64,000 nucleotides of DNA from Octopus sinensis (lineage: Eukaryota), in the NCBI RefSeq assembly GCF_006345805.1, contig NC_043004.1, forward strand, positions 36,208,001-36,272,000, given 5' to 3'. The translations under genes were made by a program, and so were the position numbers. Position 1 is the stretch's first letter. Each line of letters begins with the position of its first letter. The notes under the pieces are model-generated. The model did not search any database. It was not told the origin of the DNA and saw only the letters and a program-made list of their open reading frames with translations. Shown piece after piece: positions 1-13,329 of this stretch.

Positions 1-739
1 TGTTTCTCTACTCCCTGGTTGACATCTTTTTCCCTCTTACATATATTTCACTTTCATTCGTTTGTAGCCGGGACAAATGTTTCCTTTTATCCATGTTCAT
101 CGATTTTATTTTTTATTCTTTTTATTGCCTTCATTGTTTATGTAACTTTTGGTTCATTGTTAACTGATCGATTGGATGTAGCTTGTGTTTCTTGTACTTA
201 TTGTTGTTACGCAAGGGATGACTGCGCTTGTACTTTTCTCGTGGCTGTGTTTTTGGTGTAATGTTTCCACAGGGACTTCTAAGATCTTCAGCATTTTGGA
301 TTTCAGTTCTTTTTGTATTCATTTATTATTTGTTGGATAGATTTTTTTCAATGGTGATAGAAGTGATGGTGGGCGAGCAGTGTTTCCCTTTCCTTTCCTT
401 TTTTTTTTTCAACTTTGTTACTAGCAGTTTACTTTCCATTTCTCTTTGTTACAAAGCCTTTGATTTACCGATAGATTGCTTTTTAGTTGTCGATTTGGAG
501 GACTGAAGATATGGTGTGCCTTCAGCCATCCTCTCACCTGTAATAAGTGATACGACCAGCAATTCCATTCAAACGAATTCTTTAAAATCTACTGCTCTAC
601 TACTCTCAGCTGTTTCCAAACAGAACACCCTCAAATGGCTCTTACTGCTGCAAGTGTAACAACTAGGAATCCTGTTTAACACAACCACAGAACTCTGCTA
701 TTTTTCAATATATTTCCCTTACTGCTGTTTCCCACACAT

Positions 740-1140
740 CTTGTGGTCAATTAGAGAAATAATGGTTCACAGAATTTAAATACAACTGAGGTCAACTTTG
801 CTTTCATCCTTCTGGGAGCAATAAAATAAAATAACAGTCAAGTACTAGGGTCAACGATATCGACTCACACCCTCCCCTCAAAGTTACTGGTCTTGCTCCT
901 AAAATAAAATTGATTATAGAGTGATGAGCTAGCAAAGACTTTAGAACTTGGGCAGAATGTTTTACAGCATTCGTTCCAGGTTCCTGCACTCTCAATTCTT
1001 TCCCCAGTCAAATTTGCCTTTTGTCCTTTGAGAGTCAATAAAAGAAAGTAGGAGTCAAATGCTGGAGAAATTCAATCGACAAATGCAAGACCTCCTCCCC
1101 CCCCACTCAGACTTTTGGCATTTCGTCTGTATTAGAAATA
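740..1140 (+). mobile_element. Two adjacent decayed copies of a tRNA-headed SINE with Meta/MESC-like core
   Basis: GAGGTCAACTTTGCTTTCATCCTT...AGTAC..GGGTCAA..ATCGAC and the CCCC...GGTCTTG..CCTA tail match the better-preserved copy at 50569-51368. Confidence 0.6.
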
Positions 1141-1149
1141 ATCACTATG

Positions 1150-2250
1150 ATCGCCTCCAACTTTTTATATTTTCTGGGTTATGTCATGTCACAACTCCTT
1201 CCCACAGCCTAGAGCGCAACACTTCCCTCTACATGTGCACCATTCCAAGTATGACCACCCACTGTCTACTTTCAGTGATGTTTCATATTTGCAACTTCTG
1301 ATGCCAGGTTTTTGTGTTCCTTGAAATGGATCTGAGTGCACTAATCCCGATTGGTGTCATATTCACTCTTGAGCATCTCTGAATAAGCTGCTCTTCAAAT
1401 GCCAGATTTTGAGACCATTTTGATTTACTCAATCTCTGTGTTCACAATCTTTGGATCTGCAGGTTACCATGTTAATAACAATCCATTCTTTGGACTCTTT
1501 CTATTAGAGAGTGATATTTGGTCCATTATATTGCTGATTTTTCAGTTTTCTGTCTGTGTGGATGTTCGTTCCCACTGAATTTCGCTTGATTATTCACTGT
1601 AGCTGGCAAGTGTTGGTGTATCACACTGTAGCTGGCAAGTGTTGCTTGTATCACATGACGGTACACTCAAGCCTGTACCTGCTCAGTCTATTTCCCAAGG
1701 TACCTACTGTGCAACTTTGTCATGGTGTTTTGCTGAATTCCTTTTGGGTTTGTTTTGCAGTGTACAATTTGAGTTCATTCATACACAAAAGATGTTTGAT
1801 TTGCTTTCTTTTAGCATGTAAATTAGACTGTAGTGATCTTTAAGATGTCTGTATTAGAGAGAAAATGGAATTGGGAGAGGGAATCACCTTGGAAAATTCC
1901 TTCTCTAGTGAAAGTAGATTTGCATTTATAATCTCTTGTTTGAAGCTGAAGAATAGTTTGCCATTTATTCATGATATTATGTCTCCCAATTGCTGGTGCT
2001 ACCCAACTCATGGCTAGTATTCTCAAGGTCAAATATCGGAATTACCATCAAAAATCCTTTTGTAATCAATCCATACTATGCACAGACCCTTCTTTCTCTT
2101 TCTGCAGTCAGTTATGGATTTGTTGATTGGCCATGTACTTTCCACTCTCTGTTCTGTTCTTCTGGAAACAAATTCTTTGTTTCTGGGAGTTTATGTCCTC
2201 TCCGCGATATTGTTGTAGTTATGGCATTGTTTTTAAGCTTTTTTCTGATT
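1150..2250 (-). mobile_element. Decayed R4/Dong-type (RLE) non-LTR retrotransposon, RT to endonuclease fragments
   Basis: Minus strand gives GIFQGDSLS (RT), IHTDRKL (resembling the WD..IHTD segment of RLE elements) and SKSKWSQNLAFE/PIGISAL (decayed EKxxKY...PIVIGALG); many stops and frameshifts. Confidence 0.8.
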
Positions 2251-2352
2251 ATGATTCTTCTGTTTGTTGCACAACATTTGTTGCTGATGTACGGGAGCCA
2301 GCCGTCCAAAATCATTGGACTGAGGTTGCACCTTCAATTGTCAAATGCCTGT

Positions 2353-2387
<35 letters not shown>

Positions 2388-2394
2388 TATTACA

Positions 2395-3420
2395 GATTTT
2401 GTTGGAACTCCTAGAGTCTTGCATGTGCAGTGGGCTTGCTACCTTCAGCCTACAGTACCATGCTATCAGTTCTTTTCAATTGTCTAATACTTTCCTGATC
2501 AATCTGGCCATGCCAAAGAGGCAAACTTTTTGTAACAGTTCTACTGGGCACTCTATTCCAAATTTTTGATATTCCTCTTGATGCCTTCTGATATTGTTCC
2601 CAAGGACCCCACAATAATGGACACTATCTTCACCGTCTTCATTTTCCATAGCCAGGCTATTTCATACTTAAGAGGGTTGTATTATCTATTTTTTCGCCTT
2701 CCTTCTTGACTATTCGCCGGTTAAAGGGTCATGCAACATCAATTGTATAGCATATGTGGAGCATCTTGTTATGTTCAAGCACTTGATCTATTTGGATTGG
2801 GAAATCCCAGAGGAGTTTGCTAGTCTCTGACTCCACCACTCTCTGACTCCGCCACTCTCTATGGTTTGTTCTCATACCATGTCTTGTCTCTCTCTAGCCC
2901 CCACTTTTCACACAGTTTCCAATGTAGAACTTTCGCTACCAGTGTAGCACTATCGCCACAACTTGTAGTGGTTTGGGGCAACTCTAGGGCATTCGTTTGT
3001 GATATGGGCAATGGTTTCATCCACTTTATTACAGATGCAGCACAGCAGAGACACTTGTTCATTCCTCACGTTGACCCTCCAGTTCATGGCCAAAGCTTGG
3101 TCTTGTGCTTCCTGTATAGTGCCCATGGTCTCATTTTTTAATGTTCCTTTTTTCAGCCAATCCCATCTATTCTTTCCAGCAACTTCTGTTGTGGATACAT
3201 GGAATTGATTGTGTAATTCCTTCTTGTGTAATTCTTCTTCATGACCTATTAGTACTTCTTCCGTCGTTTTCCCTTTTTACTCTGCTCTCAATACTCTCTC
3301 GTTCTTAACTCTTACTTATAAAGTTCCTTTATTTTGGGGTTAGGTATCTCATTAAGCTCTCGAGTTCGATACGTACACAAGCTTCCACACTTATTAGTCC
3401 TCTTCCTCCAATTGCTCTCT
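2395..3420 (-). mobile_element. Decayed R4/Dong-type LINE 3' portion ending in (TAA)n
   Basis: Minus strand gives a CCHC-like knuckle, VAKVLHWKLCEKWGL, VSIIVGSLG and GIECPVELLQKVCLFGMAR; abuts (ATT)n at 2353-2392; same family as 17730-19240. Confidence 0.85.
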
Positions 3421-3454
3421 TCATGTATAGGTGATCAGTGTCTGTACATGGATG

Positions 3455-3642
3455 ATGTAGCACCCACTACACTCTCAGAGTGGTTGGCGTTAGGAAGGGC
3501 ATCCAGCTGTAGAAACTCTGCCAGATCAAGATTGAAGCCTGGTGCAGCCATCTGGTTCGCCAGCCCTCAGTCAAATCGTTCAACCCATGCTAGCATGGAA
3601 AGTGGATGTTAAACGATGATGATGATGATAATGATGATGATT
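3455..3642 (+). mobile_element. SINE 3' part (Ceph/RTE-leader-like core) with (GAT)n tail
   Basis: GGTTGGCGTTAGGAAGGGCATCCAGCTGTAGAAAC...CATGCTAGCATGGAAAGTGGATGTTAAACGATGATGAT; other copies at 12205-12550 (-) and 52788-52930 (+). Confidence 0.65.
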
Positions 3643-5747
3643 AAAATTTCTTTAAAAATAATTAGCATTTTTTAAAAAAATGTTTTTAAAATTCATTGAA
3701 ATTTCAGAGATACCTCGCCTGCTTTTCTTGACTAGAACTGCTCTCTGAACTTATGATTATTTCTCCTAATGACAGGTGTAACATAAATGAATGGATATTT
3801 CTCAATTCACTGCAAACAATATGTTAGCACCAACCTAACAGTTTGTTTTTCATGCAGAACATGGCGGCCATGAATTTTTTTCCCAAGTTGAAATTATGTA
3901 ACAAGCTTGCACTGGGGTTAGTTCAATAAACCTACACTTTTGAAACCATTTACCAATGCTTGAAATCTTTATTATTTCTTTGATTTAGTTTCTCTCTTCC
4001 CTATGGCTGTCTCTTATCTCTACCTTTTTTTCTTTCTATTTACTCTTTACTTTCACTTTCTCTTCCCATCTTCACCATCTGCTTTTAGTTTTCTTTTTTT
4101 TTTTCTCCAGCTTCTTTTATTTGATTTTCTGTATCAATATTTAGCTTTGTACGATGGTGCATTATATAATTCTTCTGGCTTCTTCTAGGTGTATATGCTC
4201 TCATATGGTAGACACACCGCATCAAAATCTGTTCCAATGACTTCTATGTGACATCTCCATTTTAAGCAAAGCCACTCTGTGTAAGAATTGTCTCCTTACA
4301 TTCTTGGAATCTGAATGGGAATATCATCCATGTTTTCATGGATTCTTTCTTAGTTTTTATTTGTGTATTCCCAGCCATCTACACACTCTGCCCCACTCTC
4401 TCTCTCTCTTTCCTTATATAATTCCAGTCTATCTAGCTGTCTCTCTGCCTGTCACTTTCACCTCCATATCTTTGCTATAATCCCCTTATCTCTATCTGTA
4501 GCTGCATCAATATTGGTACAACTTACACTAGATAATCTGCTGACCTTAATCCTTTCTTTAAAACTTTACCATTTTATTGACTCTTAATTTTCTCTTCCCC
4601 CCTCCTCCCCCCTCTCTCTCTCACTTCCTCATTTCTGTCATGTTTTTTGTTCAATTTTAAATGTTTTTGTCCCTCACCAGTCATTCTCTCTCTCTCTTAA
4701 TTTCTCTTATGCTCTTTCTTTCTCTTTCTCTGTGTGTGTGTCTGTGTGTGTGTGTGTGTGTGTGTGTTATTTCCATGCTCTTTATTTCCTGCTCTCTATT
4801 TCCTAACAGTCTCATATCCCATTTCTCTAATCTTTTATATAACCACCCCACTTCCTACTTTTCTCACCATATTCTTTTATTCCATGTTCTTTCTCTGTTC
4901 TCGTCTCTCCTTTGCTCTTCTCTGTCCACATTCCCTTCATCTAATCATTCTCTTTATTCAACTCATTTTATTCTCTCTCTTTCCCTCTCTTTCTCTCTCT
5001 CTCTCTTTTCTCTTTAGTTATCTTTTGAATGTTTCTGTATTTGTATATTTGATATTTGTTTATGCTATCATGTCTGTTTTGCCATTCTTTGTCAACCAGA
5101 AATACAACAGTTCTTCATTTTCTATTATGTTTGCTCGAGATTTTCCCAAACATTCTCAAAACACTGTTTACACAAAAAAATCCAGAGGAATGAAAAAAAT
5201 ACAACAAAATAAAAAGAAGTATCAATAACTGACCATTCCTGTTTCCTTTACTGATTACTTCCATTGATATTCTACATTTTCACAGAATCATATTTGTTTT
5301 CTATTAATATTCCTTCAGTATATTATACAGCAATGTATGCAGCTTTATGCAATCTTAATATGGAAGAATAGAAAAATCTACAACTTGCTGCAAGGGAATC
5401 GAATTATTTCATTTTATTACGTACAACTAACAATTGAAAACTTACTATCATTTTAGACCCATCGTCGCTTATAATAGGGATAAATGGGGAATACAGAAGC
5501 ATGATGAACGTACCTAACAAGCAGATGTAGGTTCATGTTGTTTTAAACATCCTTACAATGTGGACATCGACTGTTCTGGATTCTATACGCTTACAATTAC
5601 TAACCAATATTTTTTCCTTTGAATTTCAAATGCCATTGCTTTTATATCTATGCATCTTCCTCTTGACTTCTCTTCCCTCGACTTTACTTCAGCTCTCCTT
5701 CCTTTTTCCTTCTCCTTGCCATCACCCACACCTATACCTACACTAAT

Positions 5748-5956
5748 CACACGTGATTGTTGGCGTTTTTTTCCCCTCCTTCTTGGACTTGACTGTTTTT
5801 CCTGTTTCTGAAGAAGAGCTATGCTCGAAACGTAAAACTACCACTCTTTTCCTTCTCTGAATGTCTTATCAATACATTGCTTGTGCTACGTCCTCACTTT
5901 TGTTTGCTTTTCTCTTTCTTTTCCTCTGTGATTTTGTGATTTTTTGAATTGATTAC
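5748..5956 (+). mobile_element. Penelope-like pLTR fragment, family B, carrying a minimal hammerhead
   Basis: Homologous to 12588-12790 (-) and 13080-13276 (+); contains an HHR core; ends next to (TA)n. Confidence 0.65.
5804..5838 (+). ncRNA. Minimal type I hammerhead ribozyme motif
   Basis: GTTT-CTGAAGA-A-GAGC tat GCTC-GAAA-CG-TA-AAAC: intact core, 4-bp stem II, palindromic 2-bp stem III (dimer-dependent type), GUA site, 4-bp stem I. Confidence 0.7.
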
Positions 5957-7392
5957 ACGCACATATATATATATATGTTAATTGTCGGTAGGGAGACCAT
6001 ATTTTGTTATGCAACCAAAATATACTATCAAGAATACTAAAGGCTTATATATAATGTTATATTATATTATATTATGTATTCACAGTATCTATGTATTCAC
6101 CAGATATCAAGTGCTGTTATACACTGCTGGTTATAATGCTCTTCCAATTCTGTCTCCATTGCACCATTTTTTCCATCTTAGCCGAAATCGCTTAAATAAA
6201 TCGTCTTCCAGTTGTCATGGAGGCCTCTCAGGTGGCATTTTCCAACCTCTTGGATACCACTCAGCTACTGCATAGGTCAGCAGAACCTGTACTTTTAGTA
6301 TTCAGCCACTACGCCGTTTAGTCTGCTTGAGTTATCACTAAATAAAGTGAGATAATTCTAAATATCATATATCATATATACATGTATGTGTGTGTGACTG
6401 CATGTGTGTATGTGTGAGTGCATGTGTGCACATGTGTGTGTGTATGTGTGTGTGTATTTAAATGTTTCATGATTGTACAATATTAAGTCCTTGTTGAAGT
6501 GATATAATTCATTGAACATGTGGTGTCTTATTGTATCTTGTCGGCGAGACTAGTTGTTGGGAATATGTAGAGATGGAAATGCAGATGAACTATCGAAATG
6601 AAGAGGAGGTAGTGATGCTTCCTATAAATATCAGCAATATATTTGAGAGGATATGTAATATAAGGAGTGAAAAGAATTGGATTAACTTAAATTACCCATG
6701 GAATTATTTGACAAGACCGTCTTCTACAGCTGTTTAAAACGCATAAATATTAAATAAACAAGGGTAATAAATCTTATCTTAATAGATAATCAAAATTTAT
6801 CATCGTCTTTGATGTAATCGTTGCTGTCTGCACAATCAACATCTTTGTCGTTGTTGAACTTGTCGTACCTTCCATCATTGTCACCATTGTCATCGTCATC
6901 GCCATCATCATCATCACCACCACCACCACCAACACCACCACCACTACCACCACCAACACGAACACCACCACCATCATGGGGCTACTATTTCTTGGAAGGC
7001 ATCTTGTTTAATTCCGCATTGACTGGTGTATCATAGAATCTATCTGAATGGAGGCTATTTTCTGCGTATCTGTTGGTTGCTTCTTCTAACATTTTCAGCA
7101 GGTCATGTGACTGCATACATACTTCTTTGTTGACTTGTATTTCTTTAGTTGAGGGAAGACGACCACCCTTAATTGGTTGAACAAATAAATTTCAATTAAT
7201 AAATTAATTTGCAGAGACAACCATCTCATTATAGTTAAGGCAAAGGGCTGACAACTCTGGAGTTTTAATTAATGAAAAATTGAATTACGCATGCAGAGAG
7301 AAGATGTAAATATTAGCTCCAAGAACAATATTAAGTTAATCTGTTCCTTGGCAAACATGGTAACATTTCTGTACATATTTAAGTGTTATTAG

Positions 7393-7525
7393 ATCTCCCA
7401 AACCAAAGCAGAGCAATCACCAATTCTCACTGCTGACTGAAGACGATATGTTTGCAAGAAATATAACTGAGTGGGTTTATGAGAAACTACCTTGGGACGC
7501 CATCTGTATGAAATACGATAGCTGG
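7393..7525 (+). CDS. Candidate internal exon of an unidentified host gene
   Basis: TTATTAG acceptor and TGG|GTGAGT donor flank a 133-nt non-repetitive open frame SPKPKQSNHQFSLLTEDDMFARNITEWVYEKLPWDAICMKYDSW; no partner exons identified. Confidence 0.3.
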
Positions 7526-10249
7526 GTGAGTGCTAAAATACTTTATGTACTGAGCGAAAACATATTTCATTTAATCTAAATTACCTTTGTAGAAGGACAC
7601 ATAGAATCTAATATCAATGAAATATAACCAAGAATAAGGGAAGAAAATTTAAGATCCTTTTTAGCCAAGAAAAAGGGAAGAAAATTTAAAATCGTTTTTG
7701 AATTAGGCATACAGTGAGGTAATGAGCAGCATCTCTGTTAACATTCCTTCATTTACTCTGTATATGTTAACCATATTTTTATCTTCTATATTTCAAGTTT
7801 TGGTAATGTAATTTCAAAGAATACAGACTGTACTCTTAATTATTTTCATATTCTGTTGCTATCATTGGACAACGTTCTTGCTGAACCATCTTCAAGTGTT
7901 CTAGTCGATCATAATGAAACCAGAATTTATTTTATCAATCTCACTTTGTCAGCACACTAATTCAACATATAGAATATCATGGCAAAACGTAAACACGGAC
8001 ACTCATACAAACACACTCACACATACACTCACATACATGTGTATGGATGTATATCTTACTTCTAAATAAGCTAATACCTTTTACTCTACTTTCTGTTTTA
8101 AAAGGTAATATTTCGTTATGTGAAGTTTTATATTTTGATCAAGATTGGATCAGTACTAGAAATTAATGAAATATGGATTATAAAATTGAGCTTTTTGCCT
8201 CCAGGTGGAAAGCAGACACCCCTGGCAGTACATAATATCGCTTAGGTGAACTATATGACTGACAGTTAAGTATGAGATAGGTTTGGTGGGATGCCACAAA
8301 TTTAGAAAGATAAACCAAATCAACATATACTTCAGCAATGAAGATTCAGTCAACAAAGCTTGTGATTGATTTAAATCTAAACTTCATAAATCAGTCAACT
8401 CTGTTGGAAATGTCATCAAATCTGAAGATTTCAAATCTGGTACATCTTCAAATTTACAAACCTTCAAACTAATACTGGTATATGTGTATGTATGTGTATA
8501 TACATGTGTATACACACACACATATACACACATACCCGCATATATATATGTATATATATATATACATGAAGATGTGTGATATAGACATGTGTATACATAC
8601 ATGCTTATATATATATATTATACTGAAAACACTATTCCATTTAGTCTTTTCCAAATATCGTGCATTTCCTTGTTTAATTTGGTACAGCAAAGTTCCTAAT
8701 ACCACCAACGTTTCTAGATTTTCTTGCTTTCATCTTCCAGATAAGGTAGTTTTTTTTTTATATTGCCATATTTTATCAGTGAGCAGCCAGAATCCTGGAA
8801 ATAATGATGTGACTTATAAATTCATTTTAACCTGATTTAAAATTTAATTGTTGAATCCAATGTATGCCTTGCAAATAAATTAATGTTTATAGTTTATTAC
8901 AAGGGTAGTATATTTGTAAGTTAATTCTTAGTGTGTGTTTTTCTATCAATAAAGTTTCCATTACAACTTAGAACATGCAACAAAATTAGATGGAAAAACA
9001 TTAGTTGATAAGCCAACTATTCTATATGGAATTCCTAAAAAAAAAAACTAGAACTTTGGCAATAAAAGCTTTATTTTTAGCAAAATACAACCAAAAATTA
9101 AATTAGATACAACTACAGAATCCTAGTAATAAATAAACTAGGCACTTCAGTAATAAACCAACTGCTGATTTCTGAATGTGACTGAGTTAAATACAAAAAT
9201 GTTCAATTGTGTGGTGAGTAATTTTAATTCCAAAGATCAGTGCCATCCAGTGAAATAATGTTTAAAAAGGAGTTACTAACAACCATGTCAGCCAGACTAA
9301 TGTAAGAAGAAACGTCTACACGGTCACTTGGCTTGGTTTAAGCTCTAACTAAATTTTCTTTAGTTAAATATATTGAATAGAGTAATTTAGCATGTATTTC
9401 AGAATAGAAGAGATGCTTATAGCTTCCGGGCTGGTCGAATGATGCAAGTTCGTCATACAAATTACACAGACCCTATAACAAATGTAATGAAATATTACAT
9501 ACAGTACATTGATACTACAAATGAAGTTAGTAAATTAACAAGAGACACCAAACAAGAAAGGCCGACTTTTAAAATATAAACCAGTCATAAGAAGCAAGAA
9601 GCACACAAACATAATAAATAAATGTATATACCTCACCATCCACCACACCAAGTGTTCCTTCAAGTTACGAACCCTACTAATAAAATTTAACACTCTCACA
9701 AACATCATTGTTGAAGAGACTTGAATATATTCAACACATCCTGACTTTCAAATAATACATATAGCACAAAGTATTATATGTACAACTGACATCAAGGCAC
9801 ACGTGTTAGCAAATCAAGCATAGCAACTGCTATGACTGTATGATATTTAGCATTTCAGTGATATGGAGCTCACATTTATATTTTCTGGCTTTAGCAATGA
9901 TGCTCCATGTTATGTGGGGATTGTTTACTCCTCTTTATAGAAATGTCGCATATCTTTTATTTTTCTCCCTAAATGATGCCAGGAACATCTGGTGGTTTTA
10001 TCCCCAAAAGCCAAGCCCATGGGAGATAATATCACAAAAGGTGTCATCCAAGATTAGTGTCCTTTGATTTATTGCTTCCTATACAAGACTTTTTGTGAAC
10101 TCCTGAGACATTTCACAAAACGTTTTGTATTTTCCTCCAAAATGGAGATGAACACCATTCCTCCATGTAATTGGCTTGAAAACTTTTTCTCATCATGAAA
10201 CCAATGATAGCTTTAAAAACACAAATAAAGAAATTTTATCCTCATTGTA

Positions 10250-10650
10250 CGGGGAGAGGCTGTGTGGTAAGAAGCTTGCTTCCCAACCACATGGTTCTGG
10301 ATTCAGTCCCACAGTGTGACACCTCAGGCAGGTGTCTTCTTCTATTGCCTAGAGCCAACCAAAGCCTTGTGAGTGGATTTGGTAGGCGGAAACTGAAAGC
10401 CTATTGTATATATATATATATATATATGTACTTATATACATGTATGTATGTATTTGTGTGTATGTGCTTGTCCCCGCACCATCGCTCAATGTTGGTGCGG
10501 TTACGCCCCTGTAACCCAGCGGCTTGGCAAAAGAGACTGATAGAATAAGTACTAAGCTTACAAAGAATATGTCCTAGGGCCGATTTGTTCGACTAAAGGG
10601 TGTGCTCCAGCATAGCTGCAGTCAAATGACTGAAGCAAATAAAAAAAAGT
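10250..10650 (+). mobile_element. tRNA-derived CORE-like SINE (octopus OR-type)
   Basis: A-box GGCTGTGTGGTAAG, B-box-like GGATTCAGTCCC, core GTGACACCTCAGGCAGGTG, internal (TA)n, tail GCAGTCAAATGACTGAAGCAAATAAAA. Confidence 0.75.
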
Positions 10651-10665
10651 ATCTATATATATATG

Positions 10666-10741
<76 letters not shown>

Positions 10742-10758
10742 CATACATATATATATAT

Positions 10759-10800
<42 letters not shown>

Positions 10801-10806
<6 letters not shown>

Positions 10807-11195
10807 GAAATTTACAGAAAAACAAAAGACGAAGACAGTTGTATAAACAGCAATCAGATTTATTAGTTTAGTTTGACATGCGGGAAAGTGAGAAAATCTT
10901 TTATGTTTCAAGCCTACGCTCTTCAACAGAAAGGAATCTGAGAAAATAAACACAGAGAGAATAAAAAACACTTGTGGATTTAGCGATCAATCATGGCGAC
11001 TGGTTGAGAAAGAATAAAAGGTTTGACAGGAGAGGTAGAAAGAAGGAGGAAATAATAAAGTATTGGTGATCCCAAAACAAAGGAACACATACATGTATCT
11101 GTATGTGAGAATGTGTGAGTGTGTGGATAGGGGCTAGTGATTTTGACATATGTGGATGTGTGCCTGTCTAAGTGTGTGCATGAGTGGATACATAT
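10801..11195 (-). mobile_element. Penelope-like pLTR family A, inverted copy
   Basis: Reverse complement of 11850-12200 (shared GGGATCACCAATACTTTATTAT, CTGTTGAAGAGC..GGCT.GAAAC, CTGTAAATTTCAA). Confidence 0.75.
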
Positions 11196-11301
11196 ATGGA
11201 TATATATATATATATATATAATAATAAATATTAGGGAATAAATCCAAATTTACAGGGAAAAAATCAGATTTAGGATTAAATCCAATTTTATAGTAAAATA
11301 T

Positions 11302-11453
11302 TATAAAATATTATTAGAGACAAAACCACTATTTTGCAAAACAAACAAGGAAATACTTAATCAATACATTATTTATTAAAATTTTATGTATTGATTAAGT
11401 CTTTCCTTGTTTGTTTTGCAAAATAGTGGTTTTGTCTCTAATAATATTTTATA
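11302..11453. repeat. Near-perfect inverted repeat (about 68-bp arms, 16-nt loop)
   Basis: TATAAAATATTATTAGAGACAAAACCACTATTTTGCAAAACAAACAAGGAAA.ACTTAATCAATACAT followed by its reverse complement; flanked by (TA)n. Confidence 0.9.
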
Positions 11454-11470
11454 TATATATATATATATAT

Positions 11471-12200
11471 CTTCACTATGAACAGGAATTAATCTTCTCT
11501 CTTTTCTCCTTTGTGCCACATGGGCTCAACTCTCCTTCCCTCTTCATCTGACTCCCCTCCACCCCGCTTTTCATCTGACACCTACTATCCTCACTTCTAC
11601 CCACCTCCTCCCTTCATCGTTATCCCCTCCATCCATACCCCACTACACGTCCCAAATACCCCACTCTTACCTCACATCCTCACCCCAAATCTACACCCCA
11701 CCCTCACTTCCCCACACATCAACACTGCCACACCACAGCACACACCACCACAATACATCACACTACACTGCACATACTAGCACTGACCACTTCCCAGCAC
11801 CCACACCATCATCCACACCACCGCACATTACAGATGCACACATACAAGTACACATCCACACATCAAAGTCACTAGCCCCTAACCACACACACACACTTAC
11901 ACACTCTCACATACACACATGCACGCACACCTTCATTTTGGGATCACCAATACTTTATTATCTCCCCTTGTTCCTAGCTCTCCTATCTAACTACCTTTAT
12001 CTAGCCAGACGTCATGATTGACCACTAACTCCAAAAGTTTTTTCTTCTCTCTCTATTTATTTCCTCATGTTCCTTTCTGTTGAAGAGCATAGGCTCAAAA
12101 CATAAAAGACTTTCTCACCTTCCTGAGCGTTAAACTAATACACCTGATTGTTCTTCATACACCTGTCTTTGTCTTTTGTTTTTCTGTAAATTTCAATTAT
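11471..12200 (+). mobile_element. 5'-truncated Penelope-like element: GIY-YIG C-terminus, 3' UTR and pLTR
   Basis: 11471-11551 translates LHYEQELIFSLFSFVPHGLNSPSLFI*, matching the PLE GIY-YIG end motif E..I..L....P.GLN; HHR-like motif at 12073-12108. Confidence 0.75.
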
Positions 12201-12204
12201 ATAT

Positions 12205-12550
12205 CATCATCATCATCATCATCATCATTGTTTAACGTCCACTTTCCATGCTAGTATGGGTTGGACGATTTGACTGACGGCTGGCTGCACCAGGCTCCAA
12301 TCTTGATTTGGCAGAGTTTCTACAGCTGGATGCCCTTCCGAATGCCAACCACTCCGAGAGTGTAGTGAGTACTTTTACGTGTCACCGGCATGGGGGCCAG
12401 TCAGGCGGTACTGGCTACGACCTCACTCGAATGTTTTTACACGTGCCAGTAAAGCTTAGCTGGTAACGATCACGTGTGAATGGTGCCTTTTACGTGCCAC
12501 CAGCACGGAAGCCAGTTAGCCACACTGGCAATGATCTCGCTCGGATAGTC
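12205..12550 (-). mobile_element. SINE (Ceph/RTE-leader-like core) with (GAT)n tail and internal tandem subrepeats
   Basis: Reverse complement of the 3455-3642 family; repeated TTTTACGTGCCAC/CTGGC.ACGATC blocks. Confidence 0.65.
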
Positions 12551-12587
12551 ATATATATATATATATACACATTTATATATATACATA

Positions 12588-12790
12588 TAGTTAATCCAAA
12601 CATGAAAACACAACAAGGCGAGGACGTGGAACAAATATAGTATTATTGGACGCTCAGGAAGGGAGGAAAGAAGGAGGGTTTAACATTTCGAGCAGAGCTC
12701 TTCGTCAGAAACCTAGGAAAAGGAAAGATCCAAAGAAGGGAAGACGAAGGAAAAGAATCGCCAATGGTACACATGCGGTCACATTTTGAA
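12588..12790 (-). mobile_element. Penelope-like pLTR family B with hammerhead motif (12677-12713)
   Basis: Minus strand GGTTT-CTGACGA-AGAGC tct GCTC-GAAATGTT-AAACC; homologous to 5748-5956. Confidence 0.65.
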
Positions 12791-13005
12791 TGTATATATA
12801 TATATTTTGAATGTGTATATATATATATATATATAGATAGATAGATATAGATATAGATATATATAGATACATATATTTCATTTTTGAAGAGGTTGTAAAA
12901 AGCAAAGAAAAGTTTAGAAAAAATAAATAAATGTGTGGAAATTAAACCAGTGAGTGTGTTAATTAATAATGTATTAAAAGACAATGACTCTCCCCAGACA
13001 CAATA

Positions 13006-13066
<61 letters not shown>

Positions 13067-13079
13067 TATATATATACTT

Positions 13080-13276
13080 CAAATGTGAATTTGTTGGCGA
13101 TTATTTCTCTCCATCTTCCTTTTCTCTGTCTCCTGCTTTTGAAGAAGAGCTTTGCTTGAAACATAAAATCACCTTTCTTTCCTTCCCTGAGCATTTGCTA
13201 ATACATTGCATGTACCATGTCCTCGCATTGTTTTTTCCTTGTGTTTGTTTTTTGTTTTTTTCTGTGATTTACTATA
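13080..13276 (+). mobile_element. Penelope-like pLTR family B with decayed hammerhead (13136-13168)
   Basis: TTTTGAAGAAGAGCTTTGCTTGAAACATAAAA; oriented divergently from the 12588-12790 copy. Confidence 0.6.
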
Positions 13277-13329
13277 TGCATACATACATATATACAGACA
13301 GACAGACATACATATATATATACATATAT

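Noticed and set aside
4189-4280. AG...GT-bounded exon candidate
   Set aside because: Stop codons occur in all three plus-strand frames.
7434-7472. CTGAAGA...GAAA hammerhead-like spacing
   Set aside because: No stem II or stem I complementarity; the same applies to CTGANGA hits near 8422, 27170, 44047 and 47744.
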